Assembly (NCBI GenBank): GCA_028534125.1
Contig: CM052851.1
Coordinates: 496,001 to 560,000, forward strand
DNA: 64,000 bases
Source: Lama glama
Lineage: Eukaryota
Direction: 5' to 3'
The position numbers and the translations under genes are program-made. The notes beneath the pieces were generated by a model. It did not search any database. It had not been told where the DNA came from and saw only the letters and a program-made list of their open reading frames with translations. Positions 12,431-25,200 of the stretch are shown here, in pieces; positions within the stretch are counted from its first letter, which is position 1, and each line of letters begins with the position of its first letter.

Positions 12431-13990
12431 CTCTCTTGGACCCAGGAATCGCCTCTCCAGGCTTTCCTCCTACCGCCTAGGGGCTGCCCCCCAGCCTAGC
12501 GCTCCTCCGTCATCCCCCAGGTCTCCCTGGATGAGCCTTTGTCAGTCCTTGGCTTTGGTCACTATCCAGGGGCCAGTGGTACCCAGCACGGTGTCTGGAG
12601 CAAGGAATCGTGCTCCAGGCCCTCTGAATGGCCCTTGGACATCAAAAATCCCACGTATCTTAGACTCAGCGCGCCCTCTGTCCTCACCTCCAGGAACGCT
12701 GGCACATTTCACCTGCAGATCTCACAGCTGGAACCTTCCAGAGGCCAATAGTACCACCCCCACCCCACCACCATCTCAGCCCCCAGCAAGAGGAGTCAGT
12801 GAGCCTCTGGGATGGACTGGATGCAAAGTGGCCAGTAGTTTAAATCACAAGGCATTTTACACCTCATACAAGCTGACAGATCCCTAGCGTTCCCAGCAGT
12901 TTCCCGCAGAAAACCGCACAGCCCGTCCCCACCCCAGCCCTACTCAGCCAGCCCCAGGACCCACTGCACAGCTGTTTCCCCATTTCTGCTGCTCATGAGG
13001 CTCCTCCCTGAGCTGAACTTTGTTCTCTTTCTTCCTACTCATGTTTCCTTCTTTCTCTTCCCCATATTTCCTGCCAGCTAACCCCCCCCCAAGTCTTCCC
13101 AGGGCCTGGGGTTTGGTGTGTGTCCTGAGGCATGGCACATACCAATGCAACAGCTCTGCATTCCCCGCACTCAGCTCAGCCCTGAGGCCAGACATTTGGG
13201 GTAGTAGCGCCAGGTCAGGCAGAGCTCTGGAGAGGGCCTGAAGGCTACGCTGGATGCAGCCCTAGGAACACCAAGGAGACCCCAGCAAGGCCAAAGTTCT
13301 CTTGGTAAAGCATTTAGTCACCTTAGGATCCCACTGAGTGCAGAGGTCTTTGGAGCTAAAGAATTGTGAAATCACTGTGTTCAGTCTGAGCCAGCACTGC
13401 ATCCTCCAAGAGCAGGCAGGAAGGAGGGGCAGGGAGCCCCACACCAGCTCCCCCTGCAGAGATCCCACTGTGCAGGGTTTGGGGGTTCTGTGGGGTTGTG
13501 AGCACAAGCTGTCAGCCTCCCAGCTGGCATAGCTGGTGCCAAGGGGCCCCAGAACCCAGATTGAAAACTGACTGCTTTGAATGATAGCTATCAGCCAGCC
13601 ATAGGGAGATTTAGAATAAGGCATAGAAAGGGTTAAGAGAATCAGAACCACGCCGTTAGCACTTACATATTAAGTGAAACCTGAACACATTTGCTATTTC
13701 AAGTTTCTGGAACATTTCAGACAACTTGGGGCTCACCATTTTGAATATTTAATCTACTGAGTATATGAGCACTTGGAGCACCAGAGGTTTTGCTGCCAAT
13801 TCAGACAAGCTAAAGCACATAAGAAGGGAATAAAATATATTTAACTCATAAATTCAGTTCAAAATCTTAAAAATGCTTAATTACCAGAAAAGTAAATAAA
13901 GTATATATTTTAAAAAAAAAGCTTAATTAACTGAGTTTGTAGGTGGAACCAAATATTATGCAGAGGGCCCTTAAAAATGACTATAAAATT

Positions 13991-14074
13991 GAGGGGTGGG
14001 TATAGCTCAGTGGTAGAACATATGCTTAGCGTGCATTAAGCCCTGGGTTCAATCCCCAGTACCTCCATTAAAAA
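13991..14074 (+). mobile_element. Young tRNA-derived SINE, short form (camelid Vic-1-like)
   Basis: A box TAGCTCAGTGG, B box GGTTCAATCCC, poly-A tail, 17-bp TSD aaaaatgactataaaat (13973-13989 / 14075-14091). Confidence 0.9.
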
Positions 14075-15375
14075 AAAAATGACTATAAAATCTGCCAGGC
14101 TTATAAATGGAATAATAGAGTTTATAAAATTGAAGAACTTAGCACATTAAAAAAATTAGATTTTGAATTTATAACTTCAATAAATTGAATCCTAATTGTT
14201 TAAATTTAATGTAAATCTGAGTGTAAACCCCTTGTTCAGGCTCTAAACCCACCCCTCAGCCCCGCTCCAGGCCCTCTTCCTGGAGAAGCCGCCTGCCCTG
14301 CCAGGTCCAGGCTTTGAACTGCGAGCCTAGGTCAAGCCCACCCTTGCCCCTTTCTCCTCCTGGCCCCCCACCTGTCTGCAGTGGGCACTAGAGGACGCAC
14401 AAGGGCAGATCCAGGCCCTGTGGAGCAAGAGGGCCTTCAGAGACATGCCCTCCTGCTGTTCCTGAACCCTTTCCCCCATGTCCTGTGGACACCCACAGGG
14501 CTGGAGTGCCCCACTTCAGGGGCCCCCGTCTGAGGCTGCCTCTCCAGGACAGCTTTGAGGGCCTCCCTGAGTTACTATAGGGAGTCCATTATGTGGCTGA
14601 CACCCCAAGAGCACTTCCATCTGGTTGCTGGAGGTGCCTGGTGGTTGTGGGGCTTCTGGAGGCCAGGCTTGTACCTTCCCTGGGGTAGGGTGGGGGTGGG
14701 GCCCCTGTCCTTGCAGTCAGCCGTGAGCCTCTTTTCATTTGCCGAGTCAGCACAAGGTAAGGCCTTTCCTGGCAGAGGCCACCCCTGACTTGTCCTATTT
14801 TAATGGGGAGGCCTTGGCTGGGGGTCACCCCAAGGCCAGGGCCCAAACACTATCACCAATCACGTCTTGTCACTCCTGGGCTTGCAAACGTTCAGGAAGA
14901 GGAATGTAGATCAGGATTTCCTGCTGCCTAGCCCTCCGCCTGGTTGTGGATGGGGACATCCTCCCAGTGTGCTGGGAGGAGCAAAGTCCAGAGCAAGAAG
15001 GGAGAGGGAGCAGGCATGTCACGTGCAGCAGAAGCTTTGAGACATGGCTCCAGAGCCAGCGCAGCAGATCTGTCTGTGTTCCACACATGTGGGGGTCCCA
15101 TGAGCCCGTCTGGCCTGGGCCAGGCTGACTGCTGTGACCGGGGCGTCACATGCTTTTTGGCACATCACTGTCCAGGCAGTGGCAGGGCAGTCGCTGAGCG
15201 CCAAGGTGGGCTTTGGTGACGGGCAGGTGGCCCTGCACAGGGTGTTGCGCTCTGTGGTATCAGTCATGGGTTTTGTGTTTCTCACTATCCCACAACCAAC
15301 TTTAAAATACTCTGTAACCAAGGAGGGGTGGGGTGTGTGTCACTGAAGCCAAATGAAACGGCATTTCTTGGTGGC

Positions 15376-15826
15376 TGCGGTGGGGCGAGTTGAGTGGCGG
15401 ACTCCAGAAGGTTATCCATGTCTCAACGTCCAGCACCTGTGAACTTATTTGGAAACAGAGTCTCTGCAGATGTGATTAAGGATCTCAGGAGGAGGTCATC
15501 CTGGATTTAGGGTGAGACCTCAACCCAGTTTCTGGGATCCTTGCAAGAGGAGAGAGGAAGGTTTGAGACACAGACACAGGGGAGGAGGCCACAGGATGAG
15601 GGAGGCAGAGATAGGGGTCACACGGCCCCCAGCCAAGGCTGCTGGCAGCTACCAGAAACCAGAAGAAGCGGGGAATGGAGTCAGCTAAAAACCTCCAGGG
15701 CGAACCACCCCTGCACACACCTTGACCTTGGACTTCTGGCCTCTACAATCGTGGAGAATCCATTTCTGCTCTTCCTAAAGCATCAGTTTGTGGTTATCTG
15801 TCATAGCAGCCCCACGAGACAACCAC
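15376..15826 (+). mobile_element. MLT1-type (ERVL-MaLR) solo LTR
   Basis: Hallmark phrases tgcagatgtgattaag, gaccttggacttctggcctc, cagtttgtggttatctgtcatagcagccc; TG...CA ends. Confidence 0.8.
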
Positions 15827-16615
15827 AGCGGTGCCCGAGGCCTGAGATGGCATGCTCACTTCTGTTTTCCTTCCTAAAGCTGCTCTTCTCAGGCCAGTCT
15901 TCCATCAGCTCATCCTGGCTGGGCCTTTAGAGCAAGGAGCTGCAGTGGGTGAGTGTCGGCCTGAGTTGGACGCCCTTGCCACAAAATATGCCAAAACAGG
16001 AAGCCGTTTGGGGATGGACGGCTGGCTGGCTATCGGTGTGGCTGGTCTGGCCTTTAAAGTCAAGGGGTGTATTTTCAACAGGTACCTTAGGGAGACTGGA
16101 GGCCATGGGTCCCTACTCTGGGGGTGAACAGGGTGACTGATCTGGCAGCATCCTGGCGGGGCAGGATTTTCATGGCCACCTCCTTCACCCCTCCCCTGGT
16201 TGCATTGCCCCTGCAACCGTTTACTGATGATTGACAGTGCTTGTGTGGTCCCTTCAAGCCCAAGGGGAATAGCTGTGAAACGGTCTCGATGACAAGCCAC
16301 AGGGCAGGATGAGGGGGACATCCTGATACGGCCCAGGGCCTCAGGCCCCCAGAACCCCAGGAGCCCCAGTGACACAGCACCCTCGGGCATGGGAACAGGT
16401 ATTCATGAGCGTCTGGGTTTGGCTGGGTGTAGCAGGGCCCCCACCACGGGCATAAACACGGCGGCTGGAGGGCTAGCGTGGTGGAGGGGGTGGCTCTCAC
16501 CCCTACAGCCCCAAGCAGAGCTCCAGCTACAAAACCGTGTTCCCAGTCGGCATGAGGAAAAGACTGCGGTGCAGGGACTCAAAGTCATGTGCCCAAATGT
16601 GCTCACATCACTGTC

Positions 16616-16965
16616 TGTTCTGGGTTGAACTATGTACCCTGAAAGTTCACATGTTGAAGTCCTCAGCCCCAGTGCCTCAGAATGGGACCCTCATATGGGT
16701 CCTTGAGGTGTAATTAACTAAGATGACTTCACACTGGGGTGAGGCGGGCCTCCAATCCAAGACAGCTAGTGCCTTTGTAAAAGGGGGGCATTTGAACTGG
16801 GAGCGAGACACGCAGAGAGGGAATACGGCGTGAAGAGACACGGGGTGAAGACGGCCATCTATAAGCTGAGGACAGAGGTCTGGGCTAGATCCTGTCACAG
16901 TCTCAGAAGGACCAGTGCTGCTGACACCTTGATCAAAGACTTTCAGAACTGGAATAAACCTCTGA
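16616..16965 (+). mobile_element. MLT1-type (ERVL-MaLR) LTR, 3'-truncated
   Basis: tgggttgaac...catgttgaagtcctcagccccagtgcctcagaatg...gtgaagacggccatctataagc...gctgacaccttgatc. Confidence 0.8.
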
Positions 16966-19226
16966 ATTCCTTTCCCTACGTTATATACAGGAGTTTATGG
17001 CCTCTCAACCCTGTTTTAACACGGGCCACCGAGTCCAGCCTCCAGGTGGTCAGCTGGCCAGGCAGACTCAGCTGAGCCAGATCACTGGGTGCCCCACAGG
17101 CCAGGTCTGCTAGCCATGCCTGCTCTCTGAATCCATCCCATACACACTCTGCAGAGTTCTGCCGACACAGACTCAGCCTCCTGCAGTTCTCCTGGTAGCG
17201 AAGCCTTCTGCATCTGGCTGTGACTTTTGCCTTGGGACCTGCTTCTCCCAGGTCTCAGGATGGGGCCTGGCCGGGGGGCTTTGAGGGGAACTGACTTCTG
17301 TCTTACAAAGTAACTCTTTCAGGGGATGTCATTACAGGGTCTTCCAGTGTGGGGACAACTTTGTCCAATGAGGGGAAAGGGGCCATGGAGAGCAGTGGGG
17401 GCGCTTGGAAAGTAGAATTGGGGTCCCCTCGGCTGCCCCATCCCTCGGCTCCCCTTCTTTGGGCCGCACCAGTGCTCCAGCTGTCCCTGAACGCAGCTGG
17501 GGAGGCCACAGACTCACCTTCTGTGTCTCTTTTGAAACAATCCGTATCCAGCTGTGTACGGTTTTGGACTCAGTTTTAGGGCAGTGAGAGTGAGAGCTGG
17601 TCACAGGCGGGTCCTGCTGCCCTAACGTCCACGAGCAGCTCGGGGCTTGAGCTCATCGCTGATCTTCTACAGGTGGTCAAGCTTCCTTGGATCCCCCCAC
17701 CCACCACAGACTTCTCCAGTTCCTCGTGCTCTGTACACTTCCCATGCCAGGGGATGGGTTCAGTCCCCAGAGCCTGGCCAAGCACGTTATTCCTGCAGAG
17801 TACAGGTAGCCACTGGGGGCCAAGGACTGCTCGGCTGAACACGCTTGGCTGCTTGGTTCCTCTAGCTATGCTTGGACCAGGCTGTTAACCCCGATTTTCT
17901 GGAAGGGTTGTTGTCTGCAACTCCAGAGATTAGGGAAGGGAACTGGGTCACTCACGAAGTGGAAAGGCCCAGGTAGGAGCCAAGACACCGCCTGTTAGCA
18001 CTGCAGGCCCGCGGCACCGTGGCTGTGCCATCAACCCTGGGCTCCCTTCAGAATGCAAGGGTGGGGGCCCTGCCCTCCCACTGGCCACGGAAGGAAGAGA
18101 GGCCGGGAACAGTGCTGTGACCACCGATGGCCAGAACGGGACACATGTCCAGTTCACGCAACCCAAGAAAGCCCTGCACATGGCAAAGTGGCCGGTCGCT
18201 TGCTGAGGAATGATTGTGTTCAGGGAGGGCTGTATCGACTCAGGCCAGAAGCCTGGTGACTAAGTGATCCGAAGGGCCTGTGAAGGCACCGCAGAAGGCC
18301 AGGGTCTTTCGCACAGCCACCTATGTGTCTCATCAGGCTCTGGGACTGCCCCCAACACACACCTGCGGGAATCTGAGGACGCTTGGGAAGCCCAGAGTCA
18401 GCACTGAGAGGAGGTGGGATGCCTGCGCATCTCCAAGTCCCTCCTCCGAGAAGCCCCTCCTAATCTCACCCAGCCGGGTCTGGGCCAGTTCCAGGTACAG
18501 GGCCAGGTAACCTCAGATGAGGAAGGGTCCTCTTTAGAGCCATCCCTCTTCATAAAGGAGAGCCCAGTAGGGCCACCAGCTCTCCAAACTCCCCGGTGGT
18601 CTGTGCCCACCAAGGCCCCAGGCTGCGGAATCTGGTGGTGGCAACGGTGGTCATTGAGGAGTCGATTCAAGATTGGGCCCTGGTCAGCTGGTGCTGTCGG
18701 GGTGGGGGTGCGCAGTTTTCGGGCCTCAGTCTCCTCCTTCCTGAAGGAAGGAACTGGCTCTGGACAGCCTTGGCGATGCGCAGCAGGCCCTCGGAGCTCC
18801 GGGTAGAGACTGGTCCCCCAAGGCCGGCAGCAAGCTGCCTCAGGGCCCGGGCTGGGCAGGGCGGTGGGGGTCTCCGGTGCGGGCAAGGGTGGTGAGGGGT
18901 CTCGGGTGGTAGGTGGGGTCAGCGGTGTGGGTGTGGGTCAGCCTGGGGCGCCGTCACGCGCTGGAGGACCAGGGGACGCAAACCCGCAGCTTTTGCGCGC
19001 CCGCCGCCGCCGTGCTCGTCCCCGCGCCCCGCGAGCGAGCGGAGCGTGCGCGTGCGTGCTGCTGCGAGCGTGCGTGCGTGCGCGCACGCGGAGGCGGCGG
19101 CCCCGAAGCGGCGCTGGAGCCTGAGGCGGCTGGGCTGAGGCGGCTCCTCCCCGCTCCCGCTGCCCGCTGCCCGCTGCCCGCTCCTCCCCTGGGCCCGCCA
19201 GCCCAGGCCGCTCCCCGGGCCCGAAG

Positions 19227-19293
19227 ATGCCGGCCGTGTCGAAGGGGGACGGGATGCGGGGCCTGGCGGTCTTCATCTCAGACATCCGCAACT
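19227..19293 (+). CDS. AP2A2: AP2A2 exon 1 coding part (67 nt)
   Basis: gaagATGc start; ...CGCAACT|gtgagt. Confidence 0.96.
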
Positions 19294-22200
19294 GTGAGTG
19301 GCCGGGCGCGGACCCGGCCTGCGCGGGGCGGGGGCGGGGTGAGGGGGCGCAGGCCGGCGTGGGGGCTGGCAGGCGGGCGGGGGCCTTTGGGAGCTGGGTT
19401 CCCGGGCGCGGACCTGGCGGGCGGGGGCCCGGCGGCGCGGGGCTGGGGTCCCGGGCGCGGACCTGGCGGGCGGGGGCCCGGCGGCGCGGGGCTGGGGTCC
19501 CCGGCGCTGACCTGGCGGGCAGGGGCCCGGCGGCGCGGGACTGGGGTCCCGGGCGCGGACCTGGCGGGCAGGGGTCCGGGAGCGCGGGGCTGGGGTCCCG
19601 GGCGCGAATCTGACGCGCTGGGGTGCTGGAGCGCGGGGCTGGAGTCCCGGACGCGGACTTAGCGGGCAGGGGTGTTCGGGATTGGGGTCCCGGGCACGGA
19701 CCTGGCGGGTGGGCGAGAGGCCACTGGGGAGCCAGCTGAGGTCCTGGCAGTGTGGACAGGGGCCCGGGGTGTGGGGTGTGCGAGGCGCATCCTCCACCTG
19801 CGTGGGGGCTGTGGCATCGCTGAGGGGTGTCTGGCGAAGACGCCCCTCCCCAACATGATGTCATCTTGAGCAGTCTGCCCGTCTTTCTAGTAATGGTGCA
19901 TTTAACCCAGCATTTTCCAAAATAGCGTGGATTTTCACTGGGAGTGGAAATAGCAGCACCCGTGTCTTGCTGTGAAAGCAGCTCTGACCCGGGTTCTGGC
20001 GGGTTATTAGGCCCTGGTTAAAATGACTCCTTCCTCAGGGAATCTGGACAGGCAGTGGGGTGTGGGTGGGATGGCTGTGGGGGAGCTGCTCTACCTGCTG
20101 TCTGATCAGGGACAGCGTTCTTAGGGACACATGTCCTCTCAGAGTGGAAAAATCCACACCAAAAGGTGAAACGGGCTGGGAGGCCAGTGGGTGCATGGGT
20201 CCACCAGTAGATTTGGCTTTGGTGTGCAGAAACTCCCGTTGGTTGTCAAGGAACGTTCTCTTTATTTAGTTACAAAAAATAAACACAAAGCTGGTTTGTT
20301 GGTCGATTTCATTTTTTGTTATCCACCAGGTATTTGACTGGGGGTTTGCTGCGTGTTTTGGAAGGATGATTGTAACTTCACCTCCTGGTAAATGCTACTT
20401 GTGCTGAACCCTCCCGTGACCTCCTCAGCTCCTCACACGGCTGTGGAGGACCCAGACTGTGGAAGGGAGCTTGGGTCCCTTCCCTTCCTCAGCAAGAAAT
20501 TGGTGTGGAAGCACTGCCTGAGGTCTGTGCTTCTGCAAGTAGGGCAGTAGCCTCGTTTTTCTCTTCCTTTGCTGTGCAATGTAATTTCCAAGACAGTAAC
20601 CTTCATGATTATAACGCATCTTGTAGAGATGAGTGTGTGTGTGTGCTGCCAATTCAGGGCACCCCTGGGCTGAGGCTTAGCAGCCTTACACTAGCTGTGA
20701 CGTCTGTCCTTCCGTTTTGGTAGCTCACTGAGATTGAAATCCATTTTCTCTGACGACTGGTCACCTGCGTGCTGGACGCGTGTTCTGTGCTGGGTCTGCC
20801 ACATAGCTAGGCCCTGGCTTGTTGACTGACTGTGCAGACAGGCTTTCTCCACCCCTGCACTGTGACATTAGGCGCCAGTCACATGTTGTGTGGAGCTGTC
20901 CTGTGCTTCTTAGCTTCCCTGGCCTCCCTCTGGCTTCTGAATGCTTCAGCTGTGACAACCAAAAATGTTTCCAGCCGCTGCCCTGCAGGGCAAAGTTACC
21001 TCCCCCTCCCCCTTTGAGAGCTACTGGTGTAGATCAGTGAATGAGACAATTTCTTCCCTGAAGGAAGATTTGCCTAATCCTTGGGGCGGGGGGGGGCATT
21101 GCAGGGGGGACGGGGAGAGGGCACGTCAATATTTAGCATGGCCCCTTCTCAGAAACAGCTTTCCCACCTTGCCGTCCTGTGAGCCCCTTCCTTCAGAGCT
21201 GGGTCGGCAGTTTGTGCGCCGGGAGCTGTCCGCGGTGGGGGCCACGCCTGCCGTGTCACCCCTCCCCTGCTAGAGACCTCACCTGGAGAGGCTGCTGGGG
21301 CCGCCTGCTACAGGGCCTTGGTGTGTGCGGGGCGGCGGGCGCCACCGTCACATTCTTACCCTGCTGTGGGCTGGTGGCTGGATGTGAGCTTGGAAGGCAA
21401 ACCCAGGTCAGAGCTGGTCTGAGCTTGACCCCTGGCGGCAGGGAGGGGCCCTTGCTTCCCCAACCCCTGCCCGCCTCTGATTTTGTGTGCTGGCTGTGCT
21501 CCTGTTGTGATGGTGGTCAATGTAGCTGGACTGTGTGGGGAGAGGGCACCAAGCTGGCCGCAGGGGCTCGGACCCTCTGCCTCTCACCGGCCCCGTGACC
21601 GACTGGAAACCACGGCCCCAAGCCTCAGTCTTGTCACCTGACAGAGGGGTGGGCTTTGAGCTGACGTGTCACTGGAGTCTGGTCGGCCCCATGCCTTTCC
21701 GCGCTGCAGTCCCTGCAGCCCCCTCCGTGCCTGAGCTCTGCTGCTCTCTGCCCTTCCCGTCAGGGTCTTGACTGGGGACCTGACCCCTCAGCGCTGGCAC
21801 TGGCACCGAGTGTGTGCCCGGGTTCCAGAGGGCCTTGTGCTCCTGCTCCGTGTGCCACAGGGGCCCGTGTGCCACAGGGGCCCGTGCGGCTGCTGGGGCC
21901 CGGGTACTGAAGCAGTGCAGGGCCTCGGAAGATTAGCTTGATCCTTTTTGCTTGATCTCAGCCTGGGGGCCCCGAATTTGGCTGATACGAGTTCAGTGTG
22001 TGGGACTTCATTAACTGTTTCTTGTGCTCTTTTTCAATTTTATTTAGTCCCAGTTTTAAAATAATTCTTCATTTTGAAATAAATTTAGATTTATAGGAAT
22101 TTGCGAAGAAATGGATTGGAGATCCCAGCGTTCCTTACCCGCCTCCTCAAAGGTGGGCAAGCAGGACATTCCAATGCTAGGAAACTGACACTGGTGCAGT

Positions 22201-25200
22201 ATGCCAGGCGTGGTCACCTTTCTCCAGTTTTATGTACACTGGTGTCTGGTGTGTGTGTGTAGGTTTGTGTACTCGGGTCACATACAGCATCACGTAACCC
22301 CCATCCTGAGTCAGGATACAGAATTATTCCACCATCACAAGGCCTTCTTGTGCTGCACTTTATTGCCCTCCCCTCCTCCCCCCACCATGTGCCTCAGCCA
22401 CTAATCTGTCCTCCATCTCTGCATAACCTCTTGACGATGTTGTGTGAATGAAATTGTGCGGTATGTGACCTGCTGAGATTGGCTTTTTTTACTCAGCACA
22501 CTTGCTGGAGGTCCATCTAGGCTCTTGCATTGACTGACATTAAAATATTCAAGCAGTTGAGTCAAAGAAAATGAAAGAACTGCTGAAATTGGGGAAATAA
22601 TAATCACTGGCTATTTATTCAGTTGTTTGGCACTCTTGTTTGCTTTTACACACGTGGTAATATCAGTGGAGGGGCTTGACGCTCTGCCATTGACACGTCA
22701 ATACTAGACTGTTGTTGAGAACGTCAGACTCAGAGTTGACTGCAGAACCGTCAGGCTGCACTGAAGGGGAGAAGTGATAGGTCTTTATTCTTGTGGGACC
22801 GGTCACGCTGCCAGTGGGCAGGAAGTTGCCATTTATTCCTCTGTGCACGTGGCAGCGGGGGCTGCACAGATGGGTTAAGACACTTCCATCGTGCTTGGAG
22901 GCATTTTATTTAATCCCTCAGGCACTCACTCAAATGAAGGGAATCAAGTGGAGAGATGTAATTAGCCATTTGGCAAAAAACGAATTTCCCATGTTCTTGG
23001 AGAAAGCATGCAATTTTGCTGCAGGCACAATGATAAACGAGCAGGGTCCCCCTCAGTGCTCTGCTGCTTGTGGTCGTCACCCAACTTGGTCCCCTCCGCT
23101 TCTGTTAACTGTTGAAATTCGGCACGCCTTTGTGTTAGGTTTTAGAATGACTAAAGTTTAAAACATTTTACTTGTTTGTCAGATTCCATTTGTTATGAGT
23201 CATAAATTGGACATGGAGAAACTGAACATAAAATTTTAAATTCAGCTTAAACTTCAGTGTGAAAATGAAACACAAAGTTGGCACTTGATTTTCCTGCGCA
23301 GTAATAAAGGTTGGAATCAGAGTTTGTCAGTCTGCTTTTAACTTTAAAAGTTTTTTAAACAACTTAAGGTTCATCTTAGTCTTGACTGTCCATTTAAAAA
23401 ATGCTGACCTTTTGAAAAGTAAGTGCTGTTCTTGCATATTTTCTCTTGCACTCTTACGCGTAGTTTGTATTCCTTAGAAACTGATTTAGGAAGTGTGTGC
23501 TGAGGCTGAGGGGAGGGACAGACCACCAAGCTGGAGGAGGAAGGAAGTCTTTGGCCTGGCTGAATTTTCTGCCGAGGTTGGTGGTTGCTGCTTCTGGGAA
23601 ATAGCTGTGTGTTCTTCCCTGTGTCTTCCTCTGGCTGCTCTCGGGGGTCACTCTGTTTCTTTTACGAGATGTTGAAGTGCCCTGGTGATAAGCGTGTTCT
23701 CAGGCCAGGTACTTAGTGTTGCTTCTCTTTCCTCTCACAGTGATTGTCACTGCTGTTTCTGGCATCAGCATGTGTCAGGATTCTGTCGCTGTGGAATTAT
23801 TGAAAACGCTGTCTTTGTGGGATTAAATGGCATTTCTTGGCTTTACAAAGATCAGAGAGAGTCCGGCATGAGAGTAGGACTCAGGAGGCGATAGGAAAAG
23901 GCACTTGTGTTGCTGTGGATGGAGAGTGGGCTCTGCATTCCTCCAGTGTCACCTGCAGGTTCTTGGGTGTGAGGCCGTCCTGCCTTAGCTCAAATTTCCA
24001 AACTTATAAGGCTCCGTAATTGAAAGTCTTTTTGTAGGTCTGTGGTCAACTTGTTTGGCACTGCGCTGCAAGGAAGCTGTGTGTGGTCCCCTCCCTGAGA
24101 GTGTGGGCTTCAGGAGGCTGTGGCGGGGCCCGGGGTCCACGGCCGTGTGCTGTGCTTCCTCCCATAGGCCGAGCAGTTCTGAGTTCTTGGACCAGTTGGG
24201 CCTGAGGTTTTGGATAAGGGATGGCATCTGGGCCTCTTGTGCGAAATACTGTGTGGGATTCAGAGAAATGTAGCCCGCGGTCCTGACCCCGATCTGTTGG
24301 TGGACACACGGGGAGATGAGTTCTGCCAGTGCCCTGGTCTTCACTGAGCACCTCCTGTGTCGGAACTCCTGCACGCAGAGCGTGGGGAATAGGAGGACGG
24401 CAGGGTGGGTGAGGTGGGTCCTTGCCCTGAGGGAGCCCCCCAGTTTGGGGGGCAGAGGGAACATTAGAGGGACACAGGTGCTTGGGAGTCTTGAGAGGTA
24501 GTTCTGAGCCTGCTGCTGGAACACTTCATGTTTGCTCCGGCCTTGTCGAGCACTCTGTTTCCTTTAGTGTGTCTGGTCCCCACTCCCCACCCTTGTCCAG
24601 GGTGATGAAATGAACGTAAGACGCAGAGGAATGGCACCTCCCATCCTGCCCCTACTCTGGTCAGCACAGGTTCTGGCCTGATGTTTGATGTGGACACCAC
24701 GTTGTGAGTCAAAGTTGATGGCTTTTGTCAGGTTCTGGTGCAGTGGGGCGTAAGTTAAATAACTTTGCCCCGAGTCTAACAAAATAAATTAAATGATACC
24801 AGAAAACAGAAATGAACAATTTTCACCAGGTCACATGATGTCTTAAGATGTCAGATTACAAAACTATGTTTACAGATTTTGGCATTTGCCTTCTTCAGAA
24901 TCTTCCCAACTTTGGTGTGAAAGTTGACACAGCTGAAATGTCATGAAAAGCAGTGTGTGTCGTTTTATTGGGAGAAGAGTTTCAGAGCGGACAGTCTGGT
25001 GGGCATTCCCTTGGATAGGTGGGCGTCGAGCTGTGTGGTAAGATTAGCTCTTGTCCTCTGCTGCAGAGAGGGTTGTACGGGTGTGGCCAAGATACATAGA
25101 GTAAATGGCACGTGAGGAAGGAGTGGCCGGGTTTTAAAGTGATGCTCTGAAGATGGGTCCGGGAAGGGGTTCAGGAGTGGGGGGACGCCGGGAAGGGAGG

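Larger units (their letters stand above)
18770..19850. promoter_or_regulatory. CpG island / AP2A2 promoter and exon 1
   Basis: CpG-dense region surrounding the AP2A2 ATG at 19227; (GCGT)n tract at 19044-19090. Confidence 0.85.

Noticed and set aside
13991-14074. tRNA gene (also 25796-25918 and 28199-28363)
   Set aside because: Poly-A/AT tails, TSDs and degenerate arms identify these as SINEs rather than functional tRNAs.
18913-19864. Long ORFs of 249 aa (+) and 308 aa (-) with repetitive G/P/R/A peptides
   Set aside because: They are translations of the CpG island and 49-bp minisatellite; extreme GC content depletes stop codons.
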